A DNA stretch of 40,310 nt from Acidobacteriota bacterium (GTDB lineage Bacteria; Acidobacteriota; Terriglobia; Terriglobales; Acidobacteriaceae): contig JAJYVR010000001.1 of the NCBI GenBank assembly GCA_021791935.1, forward strand, positions 1 to 40,310, read 5' to 3'. Positions 1 through 9,271 of the stretch are shown here, piece after piece. The notes beneath the pieces were generated by a model that saw only the letters and a program-made list of their open reading frames with translations, had not been told where the DNA came from and made no database searches. How positions within the stretch are numbered: position 1 is the first letter of the stretch; the number at the start of each line of letters is the position of its first letter. The translations under genes and the position numbers were made by a program.

Positions 1-1541
1 CCTCCACCATCGTCATCCTCGATTTTGGCTCCCAATACACGCAATTGATTGCGCGGCGCATTCGCGAGCAAAATGTATATTCTGTCGTGCTGCCGTGTAC
101 CGCATCCTTTGACGCAATCCAGCAGTTGAATCCAGCCGGCATCATCCTCTCCGGCGGCCCCAGTTCGGTGTATGACGCGGACGCTCCGCCCGCGGATGCG
201 CGCGTGCTTGCAATGGGCGTGCCGGTGTTGGGCATTTGCTACGGCCTGCACTTCATCCTGCATGAACTGGGCGGCAAGGTCCGTTCCGCGGATCGTCGCG
301 AGTACGGTCATGCCGATGTCGAAGTTGTCCGCCCGACCGCGTTGTTTGAAGGCTTGCCGACGCATCTTCCCGTCTGGATGTCCCATGGCGATGAGGCGCT
401 GGAACTGCCCGCGGGCTTTTCTCTCACCGCAAAAACCTCGAACGCTGTCGCCGGCATTGCCGACGAATCGCGTCGCATCTGGGCGGTGCAGTTTCATCCG
501 GAAGTCCATCACACCCGCCAGGGCAAAGATCTGCTGCGGAATTTTCTTTTCCGCATCTGCAAGGTTGCGCCCGACTGGACCCCGGAGCATTTCATCCAGA
601 CCACGGTCGAGCGCATCCGCGCCCAGGTCGGCGACGGCCACGCCATTTGCGGTTTGTCTGGCGGCGTCGATTCCTCTGTAGCCGCCGTGCTGGTCCATCG
701 CGCCATCGGCGACCATCTCACCTGCGTCTTCGTCGATAACGGAGTGCTGCGCAAAGATGAGTTTCGTAAGGTGCAGGAAAATCTGCGCGGCAAACTTGGC
801 CTGAACCTGGTCGCCGTCGATGCCGGCCGGCAATTTCTCTCGCTGCTCGCCGGCGTCGCCGATCCCGAAACGAAACGCAAAATCATCGGCAATGAATTCA
901 TCGCCGTCTTCGATCAAGAGGCGCATCGCATCGCCCAGCAAACCGGCTCTGTCGATTGGCTGGTGCAGGGAACTCTCTATCCCGACGTGATCGAGTCGTC
1001 TTCCGTGAAAGGACCGTCGCAGACCATCAAGAGTCATCACAACGTGGGCGGCCTGCCGGAGACGATGAAATTGAAACTGATTGAACCGCTGCGCGACCTG
1101 TTCAAAGACGAGGTTCGACGAATTGGCCGCGACCTGGGCATGCCGGAAGATATCTTGCAGCGACAGCCATTTCCCGGTCCCGGACTTGCGGTGCGCATTG
1201 TTGGCGAAATCACTCCCGAACGCGTCGCCATCTTGCAGGAAGCCGACGAAATTGTCGTCGATGAGATCAAAGCTGCTGGGCTGTACCGGCAAATCTGGCA
1301 ATCGTTCGCGGTGTTGCTTCCCGTGCGAAGTGTTGGTGTCATGGGCGACCAGCGTACCTACGCCAACACCTGCGCCATCCGCGCCGTCACTTCCGAGGAC
1401 GGCATGACCGCCGACTGGGTCCCGCTGCCGTATGAAGTGCTGAAGCGGATGTCGAGCCGCATCGTCAATGAGGTGAAGGGAATCAATCGCGTGGTCTACG
1501 ACATCACCTCCAAGCCCCCCGGCACCATCGAATGGGAGTAG
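1..1541 (+). CDS. guaA: GMP synthase (glutamine-hydrolysing), 5' end cut by window edge
   Basis: The frame is already open from base 3 (STIVILDFGSQYTQLIARRIRE...), so the listed ORF start at 45 is an internal TTG. GATase motif GICYG..H, ATP-PPase P-loop SGGVDSS, and the typical GuaA C-terminus ...KPPGTIEWE. Confidence 0.95.
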   Translation, partial: STIVILDFGSQYTQLIARRIREQNVYSVVLPCTASFDAIQQLNPAGIILSGGPSSVYDADAPPADARVLAMGVPVLGICYGLHFILHELGGKVRSADRREYGHADVEVVRPTALFEGLPTHLPVWMSHGDEALELPAGFSLTAKTSNAVAGIADESRRIWAVQFHPEVHHTRQGKDLLRNFLFRICKVAPDWTPEHFIQTTVERIRAQVGDGHAICGLSGGVDSSVAAVLVHRAIGDHLTCVFVDNGVLRKDEFRKVQENLRGKLGLNLVAVDAGRQFLSLLAGVADPETKRKIIGNEFIAVFDQEAHRIAQQTGSVDWLVQGTLYPDVIESSSVKGPSQTIKSHHNVGGLPETMKLKLIEPLRDLFKDEVRRIGRDLGMPEDILQRQPFPGPGLAVRIVGEITPERVAILQEADEIVVDEIKAAGLYRQIWQSFAVLLPVRSVGVMGDQRTYANTCAIRAVTSEDGMTADWVPLPYEVLKRMSSRIVNEVKGINRVVYDITSKPPGTIEWE

Positions 1542-1547
1542 CACGGC

Positions 1548-2168
1548 ATGAATGAATTCCAGGCACGCGAGCATTGGCAGCAAATGTACTCGACGCGGCA
1601 AGAGCAGAAATTGAGCTGGTTTGAGGAGGCTCCGGGAGTTTCTCTCGAGCTTCTACTGACGCCGCAATTGGATACCGGTGCGCAGGTCCTCGATGTAGGC
1701 GGCGGCGCGTCGCGGCTGGTGGATGCCTTGCTGGATCGCGGCTTCAATCGGCCCAGTGTCCTCGACATTTCCGAGGCAGCGCTTGAAAAATCGAAACTGC
1801 GCCTAGCCGGTCGCGCATCGCAGGTGCATTGGATTGTCGCCGATATCACGACGTGGGAACCGGACCGGACCTACCGCGCCTGGCATGATCGCGCTGTCTT
1901 CCATTTCCTGACAACCGAGGAGCAGCGACTCGCCTACCGCGCCGTCCTGGAAAAAACTGTGGCTCCCGGCGGCATCGTCGTTATGGGCACGTTCGCGCTC
2001 GACGGGCCGGAGCGGTGCAGCTGTCTGCCCGTCCAGCGCTACTCGCCGGAAAGTCTGGCTGCCGAGCTGGGCCGGTCCTTTTCCCTCACAACCGTTCGCA
2101 TGGTCGATCATGTCACTCCCGCAGGGAAGACGCAGCGTTTCCAGTTCAGCCGTTTCGCTCGCGAGTAG
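1548..2168 (+). CDS. class I SAM-dependent methyltransferase
   Basis: 206-aa ORF starting 7 nt after the guaA stop. SAM-binding motif I VLDVGGGASRLVDALLDRG and the typical acidic/hydrophobic post-I layout. Substrate unknown. Confidence 0.75.
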   Translation: MNEFQAREHWQQMYSTRQEQKLSWFEEAPGVSLELLLTPQLDTGAQVLDVGGGASRLVDALLDRGFNRPSVLDISEAALEKSKLRLAGRASQVHWIVADITTWEPDRTYRAWHDRAVFHFLTTEEQRLAYRAVLEKTVAPGGIVVMGTFALDGPERCSCLPVQRYSPESLAAELGRSFSLTTVRMVDHVTPAGKTQRFQFSRFARE

Positions 2169-2178
2169 CAGTGTCGAA

Positions 2179-3573
2179 CTATCGATCGGCAACAGATAAT
2201 TCCATTCGCGTGTTTTTTGAGAATACAACCTCATGGCCACGCATGATCCAGCGTCGGGTAACGGACTGTCCTACTGCGTAGTAAGCAAATACTGAGATGG
2301 TGGTTCCGCTGACGAAGAGTATGGAAAGCACCCGTGCAGGCAACCCAAAGCCATTGCTGGTATCGGCGGCGTCCACTTGGTTTTGGTTGGTATCGACCGC
2401 GTTGGCGCCTGCCAGATAACCGAGCACAAGCGGATCCATGTATTTTCCCTTGTCCGCATTCGCGTGCGCGCCGCCTTCGGAATCCAGCGTGACATTCTGG
2501 CCTTTCTTGCCCTCCACCGCAGTCATCTGCGCATGCACGTTCTCCATCGTTCCCGCAGGCAGCTTGACCTGCCGAAACGTGAATCGCAGCGTCCCGTTCC
2601 GCCCCCAGGCGCGCGCGGGTTTCGCTTGCGTCACGACCCCGGTCAATTGGGTGCCAGTCGGCAGAATCACGTCCTTATGGTTTTTACTGAAATAGGGTTG
2701 CGTCAGAATGGCTTCCACCGGCGTGCCGACCTTATCGGTCTTTGAAGTCAAAGGCGTCATCAGCCGCACATCGAGGGTCCCTGGCGGAATATGTCCATGC
2801 GGCGGAGTCACGGGCAGCAAATCCCCGGCCTTGGGGTCGGGCATGGTGACAGGCTGCGTCAGCTCCGCATCGAACTCAGTACCCGTCCAAATGTCCTGCG
2901 GATGATACGGAAGCTGTCCGTAGAAGATCTGCAATGCCTTCTCGGATTTGTGCTTGGAGTGGAAGGCATTCGATATTCCTTGCTTCATGCCGGTAAATTT
3001 CGCGTGGATGGATGCCTTGATTTTTTGCAGGCGCGACTTCTTCTTGACGGGGGGGCCCATTTTTACCAAGTCGGCAGTCCGTTCAGAAGCTTGCGCCTCG
3101 ATCGGCAGGCGCGATCCGTCCGGCAGCGTGACGGAAGTGAAGCGCAGCACGGGCTGTTTGAGCGGAGTGAAGTCGCCGTTAAGCCGCGCCCAGGTCCGCT
3201 TGCTGCCGTGGACAGGAGTCAGGTCCGAGATGCTGCCGTAAATGCGCGTGTTTACCGGCAACACGATATGGTCCGCCGCGTAAACGGGATCGATCAGGCG
3301 GCCTTCGATCGGTTTGCCCTTGCGCATGCGATAGCGGCGATCGATCTGCACCCGCAGAGGCAAACCGGCAGCCAAGACCGCTGTAGTGGGGGTGGAGTTT
3401 GGGCCGCGAGGCGACACGGAAGACGCGGTGGCTGGGCCTGCGGGTTTTTGCCCCGTTTGGGTCTGTCGAGGTCTGGTTGAAGGAACCAGCAAGGTGCGCG
3501 TTTGACCCTGCAGACCCAAAACTCCACCCAACAAATAGGCCATGCCTATTGCAACCGAGTTCCAACTTCGCAT
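2179..3573 (-). CDS. secreted hypothetical protein with two internal repeats of a TrbI/VirB10-like beta-barrel-type module (tentative)
   Basis: Start trimmed to the ATG at 3573 (MRSWNSVAIGMAYLLGGVLGLQG, signal-like). Two similar modules: ...KGKPIEGRLIDPVY..HIVLPVNTRIYGSI...VLRFTSVTLPDGSRL and ...VGTPVEAILTQPYF..DVILPTGTQLTGVV...TLRFTFRQVKLPAGT. The CDS is solid; the family assignment is only pattern resemblance. Confidence 0.7.
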   Translation of the reverse strand: MRSWNSVAIGMAYLLGGVLGLQGQTRTLLVPSTRPRQTQTGQKPAGPATASSVSPRGPNSTPTTAVLAAGLPLRVQIDRRYRMRKGKPIEGRLIDPVYAADHIVLPVNTRIYGSISDLTPVHGSKRTWARLNGDFTPLKQPVLRFTSVTLPDGSRLPIEAQASERTADLVKMGPPVKKKSRLQKIKASIHAKFTGMKQGISNAFHSKHKSEKALQIFYGQLPYHPQDIWTGTEFDAELTQPVTMPDPKAGDLLPVTPPHGHIPPGTLDVRLMTPLTSKTDKVGTPVEAILTQPYFSKNHKDVILPTGTQLTGVVTQAKPARAWGRNGTLRFTFRQVKLPAGTMENVHAQMTAVEGKKGQNVTLDSEGGAHANADKGKYMDPLVLGYLAGANAVDTNQNQVDAADTSNGFGLPARVLSILFVSGTTISVFAYYAVGQSVTRRWIMRGHEVVFSKNTRMELSVADR

Positions 3574-3707
3574 GCTGCCTGCTCGATTAGGAATTGGGTC
3601 GTAGCTGCGTTCTACTTTTAGCGTACACCATGCCAAGCAGTTTGCGATGGAACGGATCGCCGCCCATTGGGGCAAGACCCATGCGCAAACGCAAGAGGCT
3701 CGATGCC

Positions 3708-4247
3708 TTATTTTCCGATCGCCATGTCCTGTTTCACCCATCCGACCGCATCTTTGTCGTCGATGTCCGGCGGCTCAGCGGCGACTGCATGGCCAGGGTC
3801 GGCAATGGCCGCCTCCGGCTCGTCCTCATCGCTGACGTACGGAATGCCTGCCAGGTCTTCTTCGATCAAGAGGAATTTTCGCGCGTATCGCAGCGGCTCA
3901 TCCGCAATCGCCATTTCTTTCAGGTGGTATCGCCATGCATCCGGAATCACCGATCGCCGGATATGCCCTTTCCGCTCTACCACCCGAATGGTGCCGTCTT
4001 TCGAGACGCGCGTGAAAGTGCTGTTGGGTACGACAAATGTCATCTTGCTGCCGGACCGCCAGAACGATTCCGCAAATTCATGCGCGAACAACAACGCATA
4101 ATAGCGCCGTTGCTCCGACAACGTTTGCACGGACTCGAGAAAGCTGCTCCACGGCAACCCCAGGCGGACCGTGTACCACTTGCGGAACTCAAAACCGTTC
4201 GACTTCGCTTGACGAAGCAGCGCGCGCAACAACTCGGCTCGTGTCAT
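3708..4247 (-). CDS. hypothetical protein (179 aa, acidic C-terminal tail)
   Basis: Protein-like composition (MTRAELLRALLRQAKSNGFEFRKWY...). The overlapping + strand ORF 3594..4268 is Arg-rich shadow sequence. No motif recognised. Confidence 0.6.
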   Translation of the reverse strand: MTRAELLRALLRQAKSNGFEFRKWYTVRLGLPWSSFLESVQTLSEQRRYYALLFAHEFAESFWRSGSKMTFVVPNSTFTRVSKDGTIRVVERKGHIRRSVIPDAWRYHLKEMAIADEPLRYARKFLLIEEDLAGIPYVSDEDEPEAAIADPGHAVAAEPPDIDDKDAVGWVKQDMAIGK

Positions 4248-4426
4248 TGGCTACAGGGTAGAACATAATGGACGACACTGGAAGCTGAAAGTAAAACATC
4301 GAACGTCACTTGCGTCACCTGACAACTTGGGCCGACACTGATACTGTTCGTCCAATCCTTATGCCTCTGGTTCCTCTAGCTCAGTCCCGGCAAATCTTCT
4401 ACGACAATTTTCATTCGGCAACTTTC

Positions 4427-5686
4427 ATGCGGACGCTGCCGCACACGTTGCACCTTCGCTTATCGTCGTGGAGGCGCGTGTGCGGGCTCATGGCCCTGCT
4501 TTTCAGTGTCGTTTTGCCGGCATTTGCTGTGGTCAAGGCCCCCAACGGCACCGTTACAGATCCGTTGAACCTTGCGCCGGAAGTCCAGGCCGCGTACCAG
4601 CACTTTTACGACCTCGATTACGGCACTGCGCAAAGTCTGTTCGAGAAGATTGCCGCCGAGCACCCCACCGACCCCATGGCCGTCGATTACGTCCTGAACA
4701 ACGCCGTGTTTCGGGAGCTGTACCGGCTGGACCTGCTCGACACCACTCTCTACGTGGAGGATGGTTTCCTGTCCGGCAAGCACCCCGTCGTCGAAAACAG
4801 GCAGGCCACGCGTCGGATTCAGGCCCTCTATCAACGCGCCGTCGATCTCAGCAATCGCAGGCTTGCGGCCAACCCAAACGACGCCGATGCCCTGTTCGCG
4901 CGCGGCTTCGCCACCAGTCTGGAAACCATTTACATCGGCATGGTTGAAAAGAAATATGTCGCCGCGCTCCACCTGGCATCGGCCTCCCGCAAGGACGACG
5001 ATGCCGTCCTCAAGCTCGACCCCAACTATGTCGATTGCTACTTGGTCGTTGGCGTGCATGAATATGTGCTGGGAAGCTTGACGCTCCCATTGAAAGTTCT
5101 GGCCGGGCTGGTGGGCATCCACGGCTCCAAATCGAGGGGCTTTAAGGACCTGGAAAGGGTCGGCCAGTACGGCATCGTCAATTCCGTCTCCGCCCGTACC
5201 TCCCTGGCCATTTTTCTGCGCCGCGAGGCCCAGTATCCTAAGGCGCTGGAAGTGATCGACGGCCTGCAGCGCCAATACCCGCACAATTTTCTGTTTGCCC
5301 TGGAGCATGCCAATCTGTTGAAAGATTCCGGCCAGGGAATGCGCGCCATCGCCGCCTACCAGGCGCTGCTGCGGCTGGCAACCGCACCGGGCGGCTACTA
5401 CCCTGACCCGCACCTGGAAATGGCCTACTACGGCCTCGGTGAAGCCGCCCGCGGTCAGCGCCAAATCTCCCAGGCAGCCATCGCCTATGAAAATGCAACC
5501 ATGCAGCCCACGGCTTCGCCCCTGATGAAGAGGCGCGCGCATCTGGCCGCGGGAGAAATGTTGGACCTGCTGGGGCGGCGCGCCCAGGCGAAACAGCAGT
5601 ATGACGCCGTCCTCGCGCTGGGAACGGAGTCCGACCAGGCCGAGCGCGCCGCCAAGTTTGAAACTTCGCCCTATCGCGGCAAATAA
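4427..5686 (+). CDS. TPR-like repeat protein, secreted
   Basis: Start trimmed to the ATG at 4427, giving a signal peptide MRTLPHTLHLRLSSWRRVCGLMALLFSVVLPAFAVVKA. Helical-repeat (TPR-like) composition throughout. Confidence 0.75.
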   Translation: MRTLPHTLHLRLSSWRRVCGLMALLFSVVLPAFAVVKAPNGTVTDPLNLAPEVQAAYQHFYDLDYGTAQSLFEKIAAEHPTDPMAVDYVLNNAVFRELYRLDLLDTTLYVEDGFLSGKHPVVENRQATRRIQALYQRAVDLSNRRLAANPNDADALFARGFATSLETIYIGMVEKKYVAALHLASASRKDDDAVLKLDPNYVDCYLVVGVHEYVLGSLTLPLKVLAGLVGIHGSKSRGFKDLERVGQYGIVNSVSARTSLAIFLRREAQYPKALEVIDGLQRQYPHNFLFALEHANLLKDSGQGMRAIAAYQALLRLATAPGGYYPDPHLEMAYYGLGEAARGQRQISQAAIAYENATMQPTASPLMKRRAHLAAGEMLDLLGRRAQAKQQYDAVLALGTESDQAERAAKFETSPYRGK

Positions 5687-5836
5687 TTTTCTGGATTGGC
5701 CATGCTGTTGGAACCGGCCCGCGATCGGCTGCGTATCTTCTATTGCTGTTCGCGTGCCTGGCGTTACACTGCAAGCCAGAGTAGCGGGCAGCGATCGCAT
5801 CCACGATGGCGATACAATCGCCCGAGGAGGGTCGTC

Positions 5837-6190
5837 ATGTTCTGTCATCGATGTGGAAAGCCCCTGCCGGTGGCGGCAAACTTCTGTCCCAGTTGCGGCG
5901 CGCCCGCCAACAGTACTGTTTTCGCTGCATCCCCATTGCACACCATGTATCGGCCTCAGGCCCAACGCATGATCGCGGGCGTCTGCGCGGCCTTTGCCCT
6001 CCGCTACCGATGGGACCTGACCGCCACGCGCATCATCACCTTGCTGCTCGGCGTGCTGATTTTTCCCGTGATGGAAGTTGCCTACGTTGTCGGTTGGATG
6101 CTGATGCCGGAAGAGGTCCCGTTCGGAATGCAGCCGCCGTATGCGCCGCCTGCGCCTCCGCCTCCGCCAGTTCCGCCGTCCGGTCCGTAG
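5837..6190 (+). CDS. PspC domain-containing membrane protein with N-terminal zinc-ribbon
   Basis: ATG at 5837 preceded by GAGGAGG. CxxC..CxxC (MFCHRCGKPLPVAANFCPSCG), then a PspC-type segment RMIAGVCAAFALRYRWDLTATRIITLLLGVL...WMLMP and a Pro-rich tail. Confidence 0.8.
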   Translation: MFCHRCGKPLPVAANFCPSCGAPANSTVFAASPLHTMYRPQAQRMIAGVCAAFALRYRWDLTATRIITLLLGVLIFPVMEVAYVVGWMLMPEEVPFGMQPPYAPPAPPPPPVPPSGP

Positions 6191-6288
6191 GCGCATTAGG
6201 GCCTTTTCACAGAGAGCGCAGCTCGGTGGGCTAGGAAAGAACGATGCCCCATCCTGGTCGCCGTGAAACTGCTCTATAGTGGACGTAC

Positions 6289-7140
6289 ATGCCACCCGAG
6301 TCGCCGCTACAGATTGAACACGACGGAGCAACCATTTTTGCCGCCACAATGGGCAACGGTCCCGACGTCGTTCTGCTGCATCCCACGCCCGTCCATCATG
6401 CCTTTTGGCTGCCGGTTGCTAGGTTGCTGGCCGACCGCTATCGTCTGACCCTCGTCGATCTGCGCGGCCATGGCCAGTCGTCCACCGGCGCGGGCGTCAT
6501 CACCATGGCGAAGCTGGCCGAAGATGTTCACGCAGTCGTACAAGCCCTGGGGATTCGCTACGCGGCCTTCGTCGGCTGCTCGATCGGCGGCTACGCGCTG
6601 TACGAATATTGGCGGCGCTTTCCGCGGGAGATGGCCGCGCTGGTGTTCGCCTGCAGCAAGCCGCAGCCGGATTCCGCCGCCAACCGCGAAGCCAGGCGCG
6701 AATCGAACCTTGCCGCGCAACAGCCCGGCGGATTGGCGAAGTTCTTCGATCGCATGGCCGATACGCTCATCGGCCCGGCGGCACGGCAGCATCATCCTCA
6801 AGTCCGCACCGCCGCCCGCGCCATGATGGATTCCGTCTCGCTGCAGGCCATGCTGGCCGTGCAGCAGGGACTCATAGAGCGGCCGGACTCGGTCCCCACG
6901 CTCAAGACCATTCAAGTTTCGGTGTGTGCCATTGCCGCGGGAGAAGACCAAAGCAGCAGTCCAGCGGAGATGCGCGTCATTGCCGAGCAGGCGCCCGATG
7001 CGGAGTTTCACCTCGTCGAAGACGCCGGCCATTACGCTCCATTCGAGCAGCCGCAAAAGGTCGCCGCCTTGATTGGCGATTTTCTAGATCGAAGATACAG
7101 ACCGCGCCCGGTCCCCAGCCCTACAAGGAAAGCCCTTTGA
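6289..7140 (+). CDS. alpha/beta hydrolase fold protein
   Basis: HPTP oxyanion-region motif (VVLLHPTPVHHAFW), nucleophile elbow GCSIGG, and C-terminal DAGHYAPFEQP (His of the triad). Confidence 0.85.
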   Translation: MPPESPLQIEHDGATIFAATMGNGPDVVLLHPTPVHHAFWLPVARLLADRYRLTLVDLRGHGQSSTGAGVITMAKLAEDVHAVVQALGIRYAAFVGCSIGGYALYEYWRRFPREMAALVFACSKPQPDSAANREARRESNLAAQQPGGLAKFFDRMADTLIGPAARQHHPQVRTAARAMMDSVSLQAMLAVQQGLIERPDSVPTLKTIQVSVCAIAAGEDQSSSPAEMRVIAEQAPDAEFHLVEDAGHYAPFEQPQKVAALIGDFLDRRYRPRPVPSPTRKAL

Positions 7141-8474
7141 GAACACCCCCTGCAAATCTTGTCCGCCCGTTTCATTACGGCGGCGCAGAAGACCGCGAAC
7201 TGTTCTGCGATCGCGTTCCATTGGCCCGGCTGGTGCGCCAGTACGGCACGCCGCTCTACGTCTACTCGGCGAACAATATTCTGGACCGCGTCCAGATGTT
7301 CGCGGAGGCCTTTGCCGGGATGCGCGCCACCCTTTGCTACTCCGTCAAAGCCAACTCCAACCTTTCCATTCTGCGTCTGCTGGCGTCCGCCGGCGCGGGT
7401 TTCGACATTGTTTCCGGCGGGGAACTGGAGCGGGTCCGCCAGGCCGCAAGACCGTCCCTGCGCCGGGTCGTTTTTTCTGGCGTCGGCAAAACAGCGGCGG
7501 AGATCGATGCCGCCCTGGCCGCGCAAATCCTCGTCTTCAATGTCGAAAGCCCCGCCGAGCTGGACCTGCTGGAGCAACGCGCCCGGCATTTTCGCAAGCG
7601 CGCGCCGCTGGCCATGCGCGTCAATCCCGATGTCTTTGCCGCAACCCATCCCTACATTTCCACGGGGATGACAGCCCACAAATTTGGCGTGGCCATCGGA
7701 GACGCGACGGCGCTCTACCAGCGCGCGGCGCGAAGCGCCTATCTGGTTCCTACTGGCGTCAGCGTCCACATCGGCTCGCAGATTCGCGTCACCGAGCCTT
7801 TTGGGCAGGCGCTGCATCGGGTCATGGAACTGGTGCGCGAATTGAAATCCTCCCACGGCATCCGCATTCAGCACATCGATGCCGGCGGCGGCCTCGGTAT
7901 CTCCTACGACGACCCGCCGCAAGCCGGGAAAAGCCGCAAAGACGTTCCGTTGTTCGATCCCAAGGCTGCCGTGCAGGGATACGCGCAGCACATCCGCGCC
8001 GCGCTCGCCGGTTTTGATAGCGAACTGCTGTTGGAGCCGGGCCGCTTCATCATCGCTCAGGCGGGTGCGTTGCTGGCTCAGGTGCTCTACACCAAGCGCA
8101 ATGGACCCAAAACCTTTGTGGTCACCGACGCCGCCATGAACGACCTGATTCGCCCGGCGCTCTACCAGGCCTACCACTCCATCGTGCCGCTGCGCCGCCG
8201 GCAAAACCGGCCCTCCACCGTCGTCGATGTAGTGGGTCCGGTCTGCGAAACCGGAGACTTTTTCGCCAGAGATCGCGAATTGCCTGCGCTCCAGGGCGGC
8301 GACTCCATCGCGTTGCTCGATGCCGGGGCCTACGGCATGTCTCTCAGCTCCAACTACAATTCTCGCCCGCGCGCGGCGGAGGTCCTGGTGGAAGGCAATC
8401 GACACCGCCTGATTCGCCGCCGCGAAACCATGCGCGATCTGCTCGCCGCGGAGAAAAGTCTGTTGTTGAAATGA
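7137..8474 (+). CDS. lysA: diaminopimelate decarboxylase
   Basis: GTPLYVY, PLP-lysine motif YSVKANSN, GGGLGI, EPGRFI, CETGD. The only plausible start is the TTG at 7137 (AAGGA 8 nt upstream), which overlaps the hydrolase stop (TTGA). The upstream part of listed ORF 6609..8474 is out-of-frame overlap with the hydrolase gene. Confidence 0.92.
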   Translation: MRTPPANLVRPFHYGGAEDRELFCDRVPLARLVRQYGTPLYVYSANNILDRVQMFAEAFAGMRATLCYSVKANSNLSILRLLASAGAGFDIVSGGELERVRQAARPSLRRVVFSGVGKTAAEIDAALAAQILVFNVESPAELDLLEQRARHFRKRAPLAMRVNPDVFAATHPYISTGMTAHKFGVAIGDATALYQRAARSAYLVPTGVSVHIGSQIRVTEPFGQALHRVMELVRELKSSHGIRIQHIDAGGGLGISYDDPPQAGKSRKDVPLFDPKAAVQGYAQHIRAALAGFDSELLLEPGRFIIAQAGALLAQVLYTKRNGPKTFVVTDAAMNDLIRPALYQAYHSIVPLRRRQNRPSTVVDVVGPVCETGDFFARDRELPALQGGDSIALLDAGAYGMSLSSNYNSRPRAAEVLVEGNRHRLIRRRETMRDLLAAEKSLLLK

Positions 8475-8508
8475 TCCGGCCGCGACTCCACAGCTTGCAC
8501 CGCGACGG

Positions 8509-9096
8509 TCAGTTTGTGGAGGTGGACATCGGAATTTCCGAGTTCGCCATGGTGCCGATGGTATCGGCCGGCGGCGCAGTGGGGGTCTTGGAGACTTCCG
8601 AGCTTCCCGATGGACGCGGGGCATACTCGCCGGCGTCCTGCTTCGGTCCCAGTCCCAGCTTGATCAGTGCCCGCGAGTCGGGGGTGATCTTCGACTGCCA
8701 GCCATTGTCCGTCTGGTACTTCACCATGGCCGCCTGGGTTTCGGTATCCCACTGACCGGTTGGGCTGCCATTCAGGTAATGGGCCTGAATCAGCGCCTGT
8801 TGGATCTCCGTCGCCCGTTGCGAGTCGATGACTCGCTGGCCCGTAACGGTCGCGCGACGATGCCTGGACCTGCGACGGCGTGAGGCATGACTGACGGAGG
8901 CACGGTGCAGGGAAGTGTTATGGCTGGATGCCGCCCGACGGCTGGTGGCCCTTGTCCGCTTCGCGTTCGCGTGGTGCGGATGGGCCGCGCTCTGCGTCGA
9001 CGCGCGTGTGGACCCACAGGCCCATCCAGCCAGGCCGAGCGCCAGAATCAGCGTTCCAGCGCAGGCGCGCAAGCGGGTTGGGCGGCTAGTAGACAT
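8509..9096 (-). CDS. peptidoglycan-binding (PG_binding_1-like) domain protein
   Basis: Start trimmed to the ATG at 9096 (MSTSRPTRLRACAGTLILALGLAGWACG, signal-like). Motif IQQALIQAHYLNGSPTGQWDTETQAAMVKYQTDNGW is typical of the PG-binding repeat. Confidence 0.7.
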   Translation of the reverse strand: MSTSRPTRLRACAGTLILALGLAGWACGSTRASTQSAAHPHHANAKRTRATSRRAASSHNTSLHRASVSHASRRRRSRHRRATVTGQRVIDSQRATEIQQALIQAHYLNGSPTGQWDTETQAAMVKYQTDNGWQSKITPDSRALIKLGLGPKQDAGEYAPRPSGSSEVSKTPTAPPADTIGTMANSEIPMSTSTN

Positions 9097-9193
9097 AGCG
9101 TGAAAGTAACGCAATTCTAGACTTCTCGAATCTCCAAAGCAAATATAAGATGCCGGCAACACGTTTCGCGTGTACCTGGTTGCATACGCGAAA

Positions 9194-9229
9194 GAAAAGA
9201 GGAAGTGGCTGCTTTCACTTCCTCTTTTC
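9194..9229 (-). terminator. perfect 14-bp stem-loop, candidate terminator/insulator downstream of htrA
   Basis: GAAAAGAGGAAGTG-gctgcttt-CACTTCCTCTTTTC. It lies between the htrA stop (9412) and the start of the next minus-strand gene (9096). The trailing U-tract is short (UUU) on the minus strand. Confidence 0.45.
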
Positions 9230-9271
9230 TTAAGGTTAGCGCACTTTCAGGTCAAGCGTGAACAATACCCT

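Noticed and set aside
4376-4386. The tRNA-like D-loop string TAGCTCAGTCC upstream of the TPR gene.
   Set aside because: There is no matching acceptor stem, no anticodon arm and no GGTTCGAATCC-type T-arm nearby, so this is a coincidental match. I found no tRNA in the window.
6191-6288. Fragments resembling REP arms (ggtgggctagg ... tgccccatcctgg) between the PspC gene and the hydrolase gene.
   Set aside because: The arms are in the wrong order and cannot pair. At best this is a decayed remnant, so I did not count it as a copy.
4460-6349. Very long ORFs antisense to or overlapping annotated genes: 4460..6349 -, 7032..8624 -, 9586..11031 +, 11776..13029 +, 15447..16679 -, 18214..19158 +, 21021..21950 -, 29715..30464 +, 30498..31532 +, 31584..32459 +, 35090..36340 +, 37418..38725 -, 39136..40146 +.
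   Set aside because: They lie opposite genes with unambiguous conserved motifs. Their translations are Arg/Gly/Pro/Ala-rich with no motifs. This is typical shadow-ORF behaviour in GC-rich DNA, where stop codons are rare on the antisense strand.
6609-7136. The upstream 176 codons of listed ORF 6609..8474, apparently extending lysA.
   Set aside because: This part is out-of-frame overlap with the alpha/beta-hydrolase gene, with Arg/Ala/Gly-rich nonsense. LysA homology starts about 35 aa before GTPLYVY, consistent with the TTG at 7137.
7137-7140. TTGA and ATGA stop/start overlaps (hydrolase-lysA at 7137, ileS-lspA at 34298..34301) as something special.
   Set aside because: Four-base overlaps are routine translational coupling in compact operons. 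ileS-lspA linkage is classical. Only the uvrA case is reported, because of its gene content.
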